Of a stretch of DNA of 26,494 nucleotides, positions 16,472-24,595 are shown one piece after another. Within the stretch, counting starts at the first letter, position 1, and every line of letters starts with the position of its first letter. The stretch is from IMG/VR virus record IMGVR_UViG_3300010376_000116, positions 1-26,494 of that record, one strand, 5' to 3'. This DNA is from a virus (lineage: Duplodnaviria; Caudoviricetes). The position numbers and the translations under genes are program-made. The notes under the pieces are model-generated. The model ran no database searches. It had not been told where the DNA came from and saw only the letters and a program-made list of their open reading frames with translations.

Positions 16472-17134
16472 ATGGTGTGGAGTTGGTCGCGCGACGTTGG
16501 ACCGCTACTTCTCGCCACGCTCGCCGACACCTTTACCGAGTGGGCGGGTTGGGAAAAGGGCGGCGGCTTTATCAAAGGGCGCTTCCGCATCGACCCCTTT
16601 GAGGTGCCGACCGGTACCATCGCGCCCGGGATCGGCGAGATCCAGACCTGGTTTTATTGTGACCGCCGGGTCGTGCCGCCGCCGCTTCCCCAGCTCGGCG
16701 ATGTTCTGACTATTGTGGGTCAGGTCTGGGAGATCGTGCAGCGCGACGAGGACGATCTGGGCGAGCTCGGCTTTCGGCTGATCAAGCAGGAACTGGGGCT
16801 GATCTTTGAGCCGCCCGAGGGGGCCGAAGGCGACTGGGACGACAAACAGAGCCTGTGGGATCAGACCGTGCCGGACGGCCCCTCGCGCTGGGACCGCGGC
16901 GTTACCGGCAGCAGCGCCGGCCGCCGTTCGCCGGGCCGGCCGTCGCGCCGCGGCGAGATCGCCGAGGTCTTTCAGCAGGCAGCCACGGCCGGGATGATCG
17001 GCCCCGATGTGCCGCTGAACTACGCCGTTGCCGTGGTGCGCTCGCGGTTGGGGAGCGATCAGCGGGGGCTCGGCGACAGAACCATTCGGCGCACCGTCGG
17101 CGCGCTGCTCGAGGCGCAGAAACGACACTCATAA
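16472..17134 (+). CDS. head-tail joining protein (gpFII-like) with C-terminal extension
   Basis: PQLGDVLTIVGQVWEIVQRDEDDLGELGFRL fits the head-closure beta-barrel motif; ~110 extra C-terminal residues follow. Confidence 0.6.
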   Translation: MVWSWSRDVGPLLLATLADTFTEWAGWEKGGGFIKGRFRIDPFEVPTGTIAPGIGEIQTWFYCDRRVVPPPLPQLGDVLTIVGQVWEIVQRDEDDLGELGFRLIKQELGLIFEPPEGAEGDWDDKQSLWDQTVPDGPSRWDRGVTGSSAGRRSPGRPSRRGEIAEVFQQAATAGMIGPDVPLNYAVAVVRSRLGSDQRGLGDRTIRRTVGALLEAQKRHS

Positions 17135-17153
17135 AAACCCCGATCACTCGGGG
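17133..17153 (-). terminator. intrinsic terminator of the minus-strand operon
   Basis: The minus strand reads CCCCGA-GTGA-TCGGGG-TTTTT: a 6-bp stem, a GNRA loop containing the XRE stop codon, and a U5 tail. Confidence 0.65.
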
Positions 17154-17323
17154 CCTTTAAGGTGTGTCAGCAGTTCAAGATAGGCGCTCGCGTATCGCGG
17201 CACCGCCAGTTCTCCCTTTGCCCAGCGATTGACCGTGGTGGTTGCCACGCCGAGCCGGTCAGCGAGCGCCTTCTGACGCAAGCCAACCGCCTTCAGTGTG
17301 GCGCGAAGCTCGTCAGCTGTCAT
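17144..17323 (-). CDS. XRE/Cro-like helix-turn-helix protein (59 aa)
   Basis: MTADELRATLKAVGLRQKALADRLGVATTTVNRWAKGELAVP. ATG 17323 overlaps the upstream stop (ATGA). Confidence 0.85.
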   Translation of the reverse strand: MTADELRATLKAVGLRQKALADRLGVATTTVNRWAKGELAVPRYASAYLELLTHLKGPE

Positions 17324-17532
17324 TCGGCTTGCAGCGGACCAATCGATAGGCCTTCGGCACGATACAGCGTCACCACGCGCTCTGCCGCTGTAATCCAAAT
17401 CAGGCGCTCCTTTGGCTTCATGTCGCGCCATAGCTTACTTCCCAAGCGGCCGTTAAATTGTTCGGCAGTCGCGTGGGAAAGGTAGAACGCTTCGGCAAGC
17501 TCTTCGGCGTTGCCTAAGTTAAGTGCGAGCAT
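17320..17532 (-). CDS. hypothetical protein (70 aa) co-transcribed with the HTH gene
   Basis: SD AGGAG 5 nt before the ATG on the minus strand; translationally coupled to the XRE gene. Confidence 0.7.
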   Translation of the reverse strand: MLALNLGNAEELAEAFYLSHATAEQFNGRLGSKLWRDMKPKERLIWITAAERVVTLYRAEGLSIGPLQAE

Positions 17533-17569
17533 TGTTTCTCCTGTGGGGGACGAGGAAGGGATCCAACAT

Positions 17570-17598
17570 ACATATACGCGCTACGCCTATATTTTCAA
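17570..17598 (-). promoter_or_regulatory. putative sigma70 promoter with overlapping palindromic operator
   Basis: The minus strand reads TTGAAA-N16-TATATG. The imperfect palindrome ATATAcGCG-cta-CGCcTATAT (17572-17592) spans the spacer and -10. Confidence 0.5.
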
Positions 17599-17680
17599 TG
17601 GGCGCTGGGACAAAAAGGAAAATATTCGCCGGCAATATTGACCGCTTTTTTGTCCGCGAGAGCGGCGCTAGAGCGGGGGC

Positions 17681-18313
17681 ATGCCCGCGAGTGGCCTCGC
17701 GACCCTACGGCAAGAGACGGTAGCGCGCCTCGCCCAGGTGCCGGCCTATAAGCGCGTCTATGACGCGCGCCAGCCGCAGCTCCGGCGCGACATGCTGCCG
17801 GCGGTCCGCGTCTACACCAGCGCCACCAGCCAAGGGCTCTCGCTCACGATCCCCGAATTTCGGACCACGACCAACCTCGTGGTGCAGATCGTCTGTGAGG
17901 ACATCACCGACGCCGCCACCGCCGAACGCGCCGACGAGCTCGCCGAGATCGCCAAATGGCAGCTTATGGGCGACGGCACCTGGCTGACGCTCTTCGAGCG
18001 AATCCTGTCGCTCGACCACGAGGTCGACCGCAACGTCGAGGGCGAATGGCGCTCGACCAGCGTCACGCTCACCTTTGCGATCCAATGCACCGAGGCCTAC
18101 GCACCTGATCTGTCGCCGCCGTGGGACAAGCTGCCGTGGTTGGAGCGGACGAAGGTACTCGTCGACGTCATCGATCCCGCTGCCGATCCGAATACGGGGC
18201 CGCCTGGGACACCTCCCAATGTGCCGGGCGGCTATAGAGGTGGCTGGCCTGGACCGGATGACCGCATAGAAGTTGAGACCGACTTTGTCTTTCCTGACGA
18301 AGGGACACCGTGA
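17681..18313 (+). CDS. tail terminator/completion-like protein
   Basis: RVYDAR.......LPAVRVYT motif, C-terminal VDVIDP..DPN...GPDDRIE, and position immediately upstream of the sheath gene. Confidence 0.65.
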   Translation: MPASGLATLRQETVARLAQVPAYKRVYDARQPQLRRDMLPAVRVYTSATSQGLSLTIPEFRTTTNLVVQIVCEDITDAATAERADELAEIAKWQLMGDGTWLTLFERILSLDHEVDRNVEGEWRSTSVTLTFAIQCTEAYAPDLSPPWDKLPWLERTKVLVDVIDPAADPNTGPPGTPPNVPGGYRGGWPGPDDRIEVETDFVFPDEGTP

Positions 18314-18465
18314 GCGCACGAAGCGACGGCAGAGTTGGACGCTCTGCCGCCATCTGCCGGCCCTGCCTCGACGAGCTATGCCATGATTGCCAGTGCCTAG
18401 CCCGGCTCGGCTAAGCCGAGCCACGCCTTGTCAACAAGTAGTCTCTTAGTACAGGAGGCGTCCAA

Positions 18466-20085
18466 GTGCCAGTGTCATTCGACCGCGTGCCAAGCAACCT
18501 GCGAGTGCCACTTTTCTATGCTGAGTTTAGCGCAAACGAAGCGGCCTACTTCCAGTTGCTTCAGCCCGCTTTGCTGATCGGACCGATGACGGCTGATGCG
18601 ACGGCTACAGCCTTCGAACCATCGTTGGTCATCGATTCTGGACACGCCGCCGCCCTGTTTGGCGCCGGTTCCATTTTAACGGATATGATTTCAACTTATA
18701 GGAGAAACGACACCTTCGGGACGGTCTGGGCGATCGGTGTGCCGGATGCCGGCGGCGCCACGGCGTCGGAAGTCACCGACACGATCAATGGCACCGCAAC
18801 TGCGGCCGGCAATATGACCATCTACCTCAACGGCGACCGCATCTCGGTGCCGGTCGCTTCGGGCGACGGTGGTACCGTTATTGCGCAACGGCTTGCCGAT
18901 GCGATCAACGGCAATTCGTTCTCGCTCGTCCAGGCCTCGGTGAGCGCAAACGCTCTTATCCTCACCTCGCGAGCCGGCGGCACGATCGGCGACTCGCTGA
19001 CGCGGATCTGGAACTGGCGCGGCATCGCCGGCGGCGAGTTTCATCCGCCCGGCATCACGGTCAGCGAAGGCACGGGCTTTATCGGCGGCGCCGGCGCACC
19101 TGACTTGGCTCCGGTCATCGCGGCGATGCAGGCCGACGAATACGACTTTATCTGCTTCCCGTGGTCCGATCCGGCGACCCTCAATCTCTTTCAGGAGGAA
19201 ATGAACGATATCGCCGGACGTTGGGCCTGGGACCGGCAGGAATACGGGCACTGCTTTACCGCTCGAGCGGGCACCTACGGCGACCTTGTCACCTTCGGGC
19301 GGACCCGCAACGATCCGCACACCTCGATCCTCGGTTACGACAATTCGCCGACCCCGCCCTGGCGCTTTGCCGCCGCCTTTGCCGCGCAGGCCGCTGTCTC
19401 ACTGCGCAATGACCCGGCGCGCCCGCTGCAGACCCTGCCACTGATCGGCTGTCTGCCGCCGCTGCGCGGCCACGGTTTCTCGATCGGCCAGGCGCAGACG
19501 CTGCTGTTCTCCGGCATAGCCACCTCACGGGACGTCCTCGGCCAGGTCCAGATCCAGCGCGCGATCACGACCTATCAGCGCAATGCATGGAACCAGCCCG
19601 ATCCGTCCTGGCTCGACGTGCAGACCCCGTTCACGCTTGCCTATCTGGTGCGGTTTATGCGCCAGCGCATTTTGCAGAAATTCCCGCGCCACAAGCTCGC
19701 CGATGACGGCACGCCGCTCGGCTTTGGTCAGGCGGTCGTGACCCCGCGCATCGTCAAGGCCGAGCTCGTCGCCGCTTACAGCGAGCTGATCTCGGTCGGA
19801 CTGATGGAGAACATGGAGGCCTTCAAGACCTTCCTGATCGTCGAGCGCGATCAGAATGACCCGAACCGAATCAACGTGCTGCTGCCGCCGGATCTGGTCA
19901 ATCAGTTGCGCATCGTCGCAATGCAGGTGGCTTTCCGGCTGCAATACGCGCCCGGCGCACTGGTCAGCCCGACTGCGGTCGCGGCCGCTACCAATGCGGC
20001 AATCGCCGCCGGCGCAGTGCCGTACTCGCCGGTGCCGCGCCCGGGCATCGTCCCGCAAGTCGCGCCGATCACACCGTTCATTTAG
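18466..20085 (+). CDS. contractile tail sheath protein (Mu gpL-like)
   Basis: FDRVPSNLRVPLFYAEF, LFGAGSIL, DPARPLQTL, IQRAITTYQRNA, KFPRHKLADDG and PPDLVNQLRI. GTG start after AGGAGG. Confidence 0.95.
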   Translation: MPVSFDRVPSNLRVPLFYAEFSANEAAYFQLLQPALLIGPMTADATATAFEPSLVIDSGHAAALFGAGSILTDMISTYRRNDTFGTVWAIGVPDAGGATASEVTDTINGTATAAGNMTIYLNGDRISVPVASGDGGTVIAQRLADAINGNSFSLVQASVSANALILTSRAGGTIGDSLTRIWNWRGIAGGEFHPPGITVSEGTGFIGGAGAPDLAPVIAAMQADEYDFICFPWSDPATLNLFQEEMNDIAGRWAWDRQEYGHCFTARAGTYGDLVTFGRTRNDPHTSILGYDNSPTPPWRFAAAFAAQAAVSLRNDPARPLQTLPLIGCLPPLRGHGFSIGQAQTLLFSGIATSRDVLGQVQIQRAITTYQRNAWNQPDPSWLDVQTPFTLAYLVRFMRQRILQKFPRHKLADDGTPLGFGQAVVTPRIVKAELVAAYSELISVGLMENMEAFKTFLIVERDQNDPNRINVLLPPDLVNQLRIVAMQVAFRLQYAPGALVSPTAVAAATNAAIAAGAVPYSPVPRPGIVPQVAPITPFI

Positions 20086-20100
20086 GCGGGAAGCAGCGCT

Positions 20101-20337
20101 ATGGCGTGCTTCTCGCTGGTCTGGCTCGGCAATCTACTGATCTGGCTGGTGGTCATCGCCGCTGTCGTCGCCTTGGTGCGGCTGCTGTTGCCGCTGGCAC
20201 TCGGTCCGCTCGGCGCAGCTGGAGCCACGATAGGCCAAGCGCTCAACATCATCATCTGGGCGATCGTAGCGGTCGCGGTGATTGTATTGGTTTTTGATCT
20301 GCTGAATTGCCTAGTCGGCGTTCCGCGGTTGCGATGA
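20101..20337 (+). CDS. small two-TM membrane protein
   Basis: 78 aa with two long hydrophobic stretches (LLIWLVVIAAVVALVRLLLPLAL; IIIWAIVAVAVIVLVFDLL) and a basic C-terminus. Confidence 0.7.
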   Translation: MACFSLVWLGNLLIWLVVIAAVVALVRLLLPLALGPLGAAGATIGQALNIIIWAIVAVAVIVLVFDLLNCLVGVPRLR

Positions 20338-20348
20338 GGAGCTAAACC

Positions 20349-20717
20349 ATGGCGTGTCGAAGGATAGCCGGCCTCGCGTATATATTTGTCGACGGCCGCC
20401 AATACCCGCTAAGAGGGAACCTAACTATCTCAATAGATACTATTGAGCGCGAAGGTGTGGCAGGACAAGATGGGATACACGGATTTATAGAACGACCTAG
20501 GGTGCCATGGATAGAGGGGGATTTTTCTGACATCGGTGGTTTGTCTCTCCTAACATTACAAGCCATGTGCGATGTAACTGTGACTGCAGAACTAGCCAAT
20601 GGCAAGACATATATATTGAGGAACGCGTGGACTTCCACTGCTAGGGAGTTCAATGCGGCAGATGGACAAGCTACGGTTAGGTTCGAGGGTATGGCGTCTG
20701 AGGAGCTGATGGCATGA
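20349..20717 (+). CDS. tail tube protein (Mu gpM-like)
   Basis: RIAGLAYIFVDG, REGVAGQDGIHGFIE.PRVPWIEG, TVTAELANGKTYILRNAW and VRFEG. SD GAGGAG. Confidence 0.92.
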   Translation: MACRRIAGLAYIFVDGRQYPLRGNLTISIDTIEREGVAGQDGIHGFIERPRVPWIEGDFSDIGGLSLLTLQAMCDVTVTAELANGKTYILRNAWTSTAREFNAADGQATVRFEGMASEELMA

Positions 20718-21070
20718 TCGTCGAACTGAAAACGCCGATCCAAGCGCACGGCGAGGAGCGCCGGCAAATCGAATTGCGCGAACCCAATGGCGGCGACATT
20801 GCCGCTTGCGGCTTTCCGTTCCGCTTTATGATCAACGACGACGGCTCGCAGACCATTACGCCCGAGACGCAGGCGATCACTGCGTTGATCTCGCGGCTCG
20901 GCAATATCCCTCGCAGTTCGGCCAACCAGCTCTCCTTTAGTGATTGGATGGAATGCATGGGGGCGGTCTTCAGTTTTTTCGGGGCGTCGGCCCCGGTTCC
21001 GACATCCTCGATCGCTGCTTCGACCTCGCATGGATCTGGCAACTCGATCCGAGCGCAACGCTCGGCTTAA
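20714..21070 (+). CDS. tail assembly chaperone (Mu gp41 / P2 gpE-like)
   Basis: LKTPIQAHGEE...IELREP.G.DI...GFP and DW......V..FF; lies between tube and tape measure. Confidence 0.85.
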   Translation: MIVELKTPIQAHGEERRQIELREPNGGDIAACGFPFRFMINDDGSQTITPETQAITALISRLGNIPRSSANQLSFSDWMECMGAVFSFFGASAPVPTSSIAASTSHGSGNSIRAQRSA

Positions 21071-21156
21071 GCTTTGGCGAATTGCAACTCTATGAAGCGC
21101 AGACCGCCCGCATCCTTCGGGAACTGGAGATTCAGGCAAGATCGCGGCGGGTTTGA
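20974..21156 (+). CDS. -1 frameshift extension of the tail assembly chaperone (gpGT/E+E'-like)
   Basis: Slippery heptamer T TTT TTC at 20974-20980. The -1 frame stays open to 21156, encoding DLAWIWQLDPSATLGLSFGELQLYEAQTARI. Confidence 0.75.
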   Translation, partial: FFRGVGPGSDILDRCFDLAWIWQLDPSATLGLSFGELQLYEAQTARILRELEIQARSRRV

Positions 21157-21167
21157 AATGATCGATC

Positions 21168-23330
21168 ATGGCCGATAATATCGACATCAGCGCTATTGTC
21201 CGGGTCGTCGACCAGGCCTCGCCGGCGCTGCAAAATATACAAAAGGCGATCGGCCAGATCGGAGATGGCGCAAAGACCGTCGGCACCACTTTGCGGGATT
21301 TCGCACAGGGCGGCTGGTTCGGCGGCATTGAGAGCAATCTTAGAAATGTCGGCGGCGAGTTTTCAAAGATCGGTGGTCAGATAAGAACTGCTTTTGCGCC
21401 TATTCTGGCGCTTGCCGGTGTCGCGGGCATCGGCGGCACGGTTAAGGCCCTACAGAATTACGTCCAGACCGCCCACGAGGTCAGCCGGGCCTCGCGCCGT
21501 CTCGGCGTTGATGCGGAAACACTGCAGATCTTCCGCTTTGCCGCTGGCGGCCCAGAGCGGGCCGATATGGCGCTGACCCGACTGCAAAGAACGATGGTCG
21601 GCGTGGTTCAAGGCACCAAAGCATCGGAAAAAGCAGCCGAGGCGCTGAGCCGCTTCGGCGTTAGCCAGGAAGAGATCGAAGCGCACGACATCGGGGCGTT
21701 GCTGCCAAAAATCTTTGAGGGATTTCGACAGACAACAGATCCGGTTCAGCGGGCGAGCGACGCTATGGCGTTGTTTAGCGTCCGCACCGGGCAAATGATG
21801 ATCCCGTTTCTGATCCAGGGAGCAGCAGGGCTCGAAACCGCCGGCCAAAAGCTCCGCGAGCTCGGCATCATCAGCAATGAGCAGGCGGCGCAGGCCGGAG
21901 AGACAGCGCTGGCTCAGAAAGAGCTGAATTTTGCCTTTGACGGGGTCAAAAACGCGATCGCCGGCGAGCTCCTGCCGGTCTGGAAAGATTTTCTCGTAGC
22001 GGTCAAAGACTTTCTCGTTACCAATCGAGAGGACATCGCCGCGGGCTTCAAGGCGCTCGGTGAGGCGCTCAAAGGCATCGATTGGAAGGGATTGCTCACC
22101 AATCTGCAAAGCGTTATGCGCGAGCTCAACCGTTTCGTGAAATTGCTCGGCGGTTGGGAAGTTGTCATCCCCGCGCTGGTGTTGGTGCTGAACCCGCTCG
22201 GTGCCGCGCTGATCAAATTAGGGTTGGCCGTACTGACGGCTACCGGGCCGTGGGGAGTGCTGGCGGTTGCGGCAGTGGCGGCAGTTCTGCTGATCATGCG
22301 TTATTGGACGCCGATCACCCGATTTTTTGCCAATCTCTGGGCAGGTATCAAGGCGATATTCTGGGATGCTATCGCGTCGATCAGGGAAGCTGCGCGAGCC
22401 TTTGCGGCAGGCTTTCTTCAAGATGCAATCGCGCCGGTGCTGCGCCAGGTGGCACGATTGCCGGGTGCCGTTGGACGCAAAGCCCAGGAAGCGCTCGCGT
22501 CGATTGAGGAATTCGCGCAACCGCCCGCTGAGACTGAGAGCCAGTGGAGCCAATTTCTCGAACGGATCAAACGCGAGGCGGAAGAAGTCGAGCCGCCCGA
22601 TATCACGCCGCCGCCCAATGCTGAAGTCGAATGGACCCACATTGCCGACGAACTGCAAACGGCAATGCAGCAGATCCGCCCGCCAGCCGCGCTCGCCGAT
22701 CTGCGGATGCCCACCGATCTCGAATTGTCGGATGAGGCAGAAGATTCGTGGGAAAGCCTCGACGCGGCGATAAAGCAAGTCAGCAAAACGGTCGCCGATG
22801 CCCCGGCGAAAACCAGACGAGCCGGCAAACAGGTCGGCGATGCGGCAAAACAAGCCAAAGATACAATCGACGCGCTCAATCTAGAGCCGCCAGCCGGCAC
22901 CGAGGCCGCCTGGAGCAGTCTGGCTGAAAGCATCAAAGAGAGCTGGTCCGGGCTTAGTGGATATTTCGGCGATCTGTGGGGCGCGATTATCGGGATATTC
23001 GAGCGCGCCCGCGATTCGATCATCAGCATCGTCGCGCAAATCAACGCTGCCGTGGCGCCATTGGCCGGCATGGCGCAGGGCGTCCAAGGCACCATTGCGA
23101 CAGGTGTCACGACGCCATTTGCGACAGCGGCGCCACCGCCGCGGCTCCTTGAGCAGCAAGGCGGGGTGCGTGAGGCGACGACGCAGCGTAGCGAAATCGA
23201 TCAGCGTCTCCGGGTCGATCTGTCACCGGAACTGCGCGCCACCTTGCAAAGTCAGCGCACCACCGGAGCACCAGTCAGCACACAAGTCGATGTCGGTCAT
23301 TCGATGGAGCCGGCAATGGGTGTCGCCTGA
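21168..23330 (+). CDS. tail tape measure protein
   Basis: 720 aa, N-terminal AIVRVVDQASPAL, Ala-rich helical composition, a central hydrophobic segment and Trp/Phe-periodic repeats. Position after the chaperone fits. Confidence 0.9.
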   Translation: MADNIDISAIVRVVDQASPALQNIQKAIGQIGDGAKTVGTTLRDFAQGGWFGGIESNLRNVGGEFSKIGGQIRTAFAPILALAGVAGIGGTVKALQNYVQTAHEVSRASRRLGVDAETLQIFRFAAGGPERADMALTRLQRTMVGVVQGTKASEKAAEALSRFGVSQEEIEAHDIGALLPKIFEGFRQTTDPVQRASDAMALFSVRTGQMMIPFLIQGAAGLETAGQKLRELGIISNEQAAQAGETALAQKELNFAFDGVKNAIAGELLPVWKDFLVAVKDFLVTNREDIAAGFKALGEALKGIDWKGLLTNLQSVMRELNRFVKLLGGWEVVIPALVLVLNPLGAALIKLGLAVLTATGPWGVLAVAAVAAVLLIMRYWTPITRFFANLWAGIKAIFWDAIASIREAARAFAAGFLQDAIAPVLRQVARLPGAVGRKAQEALASIEEFAQPPAETESQWSQFLERIKREAEEVEPPDITPPPNAEVEWTHIADELQTAMQQIRPPAALADLRMPTDLELSDEAEDSWESLDAAIKQVSKTVADAPAKTRRAGKQVGDAAKQAKDTIDALNLEPPAGTEAAWSSLAESIKESWSGLSGYFGDLWGAIIGIFERARDSIISIVAQINAAVAPLAGMAQGVQGTIATGVTTPFATAAPPPRLLEQQGGVREATTQRSEIDQRLRVDLSPELRATLQSQRTTGAPVSTQVDVGHSMEPAMGVA

Positions 23331-24595
23331 TGCTCGGCCAGGCTCGGGCGATCCTCGGTTCGGCTCTCGGCTGGGGCCGGGAATTACGCCCCGCAGCGTT
23401 TCGCGGTGCTGCGTTCTACATCGAGAATTATGGCGGGGCGGGTGGGCGCCGCGGACCCGATCACGAATATCCAGACCGCAACACACCGTGGGCCGAAGAT
23501 CTCGGTCGACGGCAACGGGTCTGGCGGTTTACCGGCTATGTCATCGGCGATGATTACCCGCAGCGCCGTGACGCGCTGATCCGAGCCTGCGAGGCCGAGG
23601 GGCCGGGCGCGCTGATCCACCCGACGATTGGCGCGGTCCAGGCCGTCTGCCGCAGCTTCAGCTATTCAGAGGAGCGTCAGCGCGGGCGTTATTGCGCGTT
23701 TGAATTCGAGTTCCGCGAAGCCGGTCAACTGCGCGAGCCCGCCGGCGAAACCGATACCGATCTCGCCGTTACCAATGCCTCCGAGCCGGTCGGGCTCAGC
23801 GCGATCGCGAGCTTTCTCGGCCGTTTTAACACCATCGGCGGCGGCTCCTGGCTCAACAATGCTGCTGCGGGTCAGATCCAGGGCTTTGCCGCGACAATGC
23901 AGCAATTGCGCCTCCCCGCACCGACCCTGCCGCAGAGTGCGCTCGGACGGACGCTCGATTACCTCAACCGCAACGCCTATTCACTCGCGGGCAACGCGCC
24001 CGATCTCGCGAACTGGATGAGCCAGAGCTTTGAGCAATTTACCGCAGCCGGTGAGGCTTCGCGCGTCGTGCCCTCGATGCTCTACTTTCTGCGGCCAGCG
24101 ACCGCACCCGCGCGTGGCGAACTGACGCCGTGGTCCGGTCGCGCAATGCATGGCGGCGTCGACCTACCGATCACGATCCGCCGCGCCAACAATCGGCGCG
24201 CGTTTGACGAATTCACCTATCGTTTGGCGCTACGGGAGATCGGCTACGCCATCACTGGGCTGGAGCTCGACAACTACCAGCAGGCTCGCGCCCTGCTCGC
24301 TGAACTCGGCGAGGCTTTCAGGAACATCGAAGAGCAGGCCGCCGATGCCGGAGACGATGACGTGTTTATCGCGCTCGTCGACCTGCGCGCGGCGATCACC
24401 CGCATGATCAGCGCCCGCGCCGTCGGGCTCAATTGGTTGGTGACCTATCGCGTGACCTCGCCGAGACCGGCGAACAGCCTGACCTTGGCGTGGCGGCTTT
24501 ATGCAGATTCGGGGCGTGATCTAGAAATCGTGCGCCGTGTTGCGGCACGCACGCCATCGTTTCTGCCAATGACTGGCCGCGTGTTAGCTGCATGA
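23330..24595 (+). CDS. DNA circularization protein (Mu gpN-like)
   Basis: LRPAAFRGAAFY, GRRGPDHEYP.R..PWAEDLGR, GPGALIHP..G and C-terminal LAWRLYADSGRDLEI...PSFLP. Confidence 0.92.
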   Translation: MLGQARAILGSALGWGRELRPAAFRGAAFYIENYGGAGGRRGPDHEYPDRNTPWAEDLGRRQRVWRFTGYVIGDDYPQRRDALIRACEAEGPGALIHPTIGAVQAVCRSFSYSEERQRGRYCAFEFEFREAGQLREPAGETDTDLAVTNASEPVGLSAIASFLGRFNTIGGGSWLNNAAAGQIQGFAATMQQLRLPAPTLPQSALGRTLDYLNRNAYSLAGNAPDLANWMSQSFEQFTAAGEASRVVPSMLYFLRPATAPARGELTPWSGRAMHGGVDLPITIRRANNRRAFDEFTYRLALREIGYAITGLELDNYQQARALLAELGEAFRNIEEQAADAGDDDVFIALVDLRAAITRMISARAVGLNWLVTYRVTSPRPANSLTLAWRLYADSGRDLEIVRRVAARTPSFLPMTGRVLAA

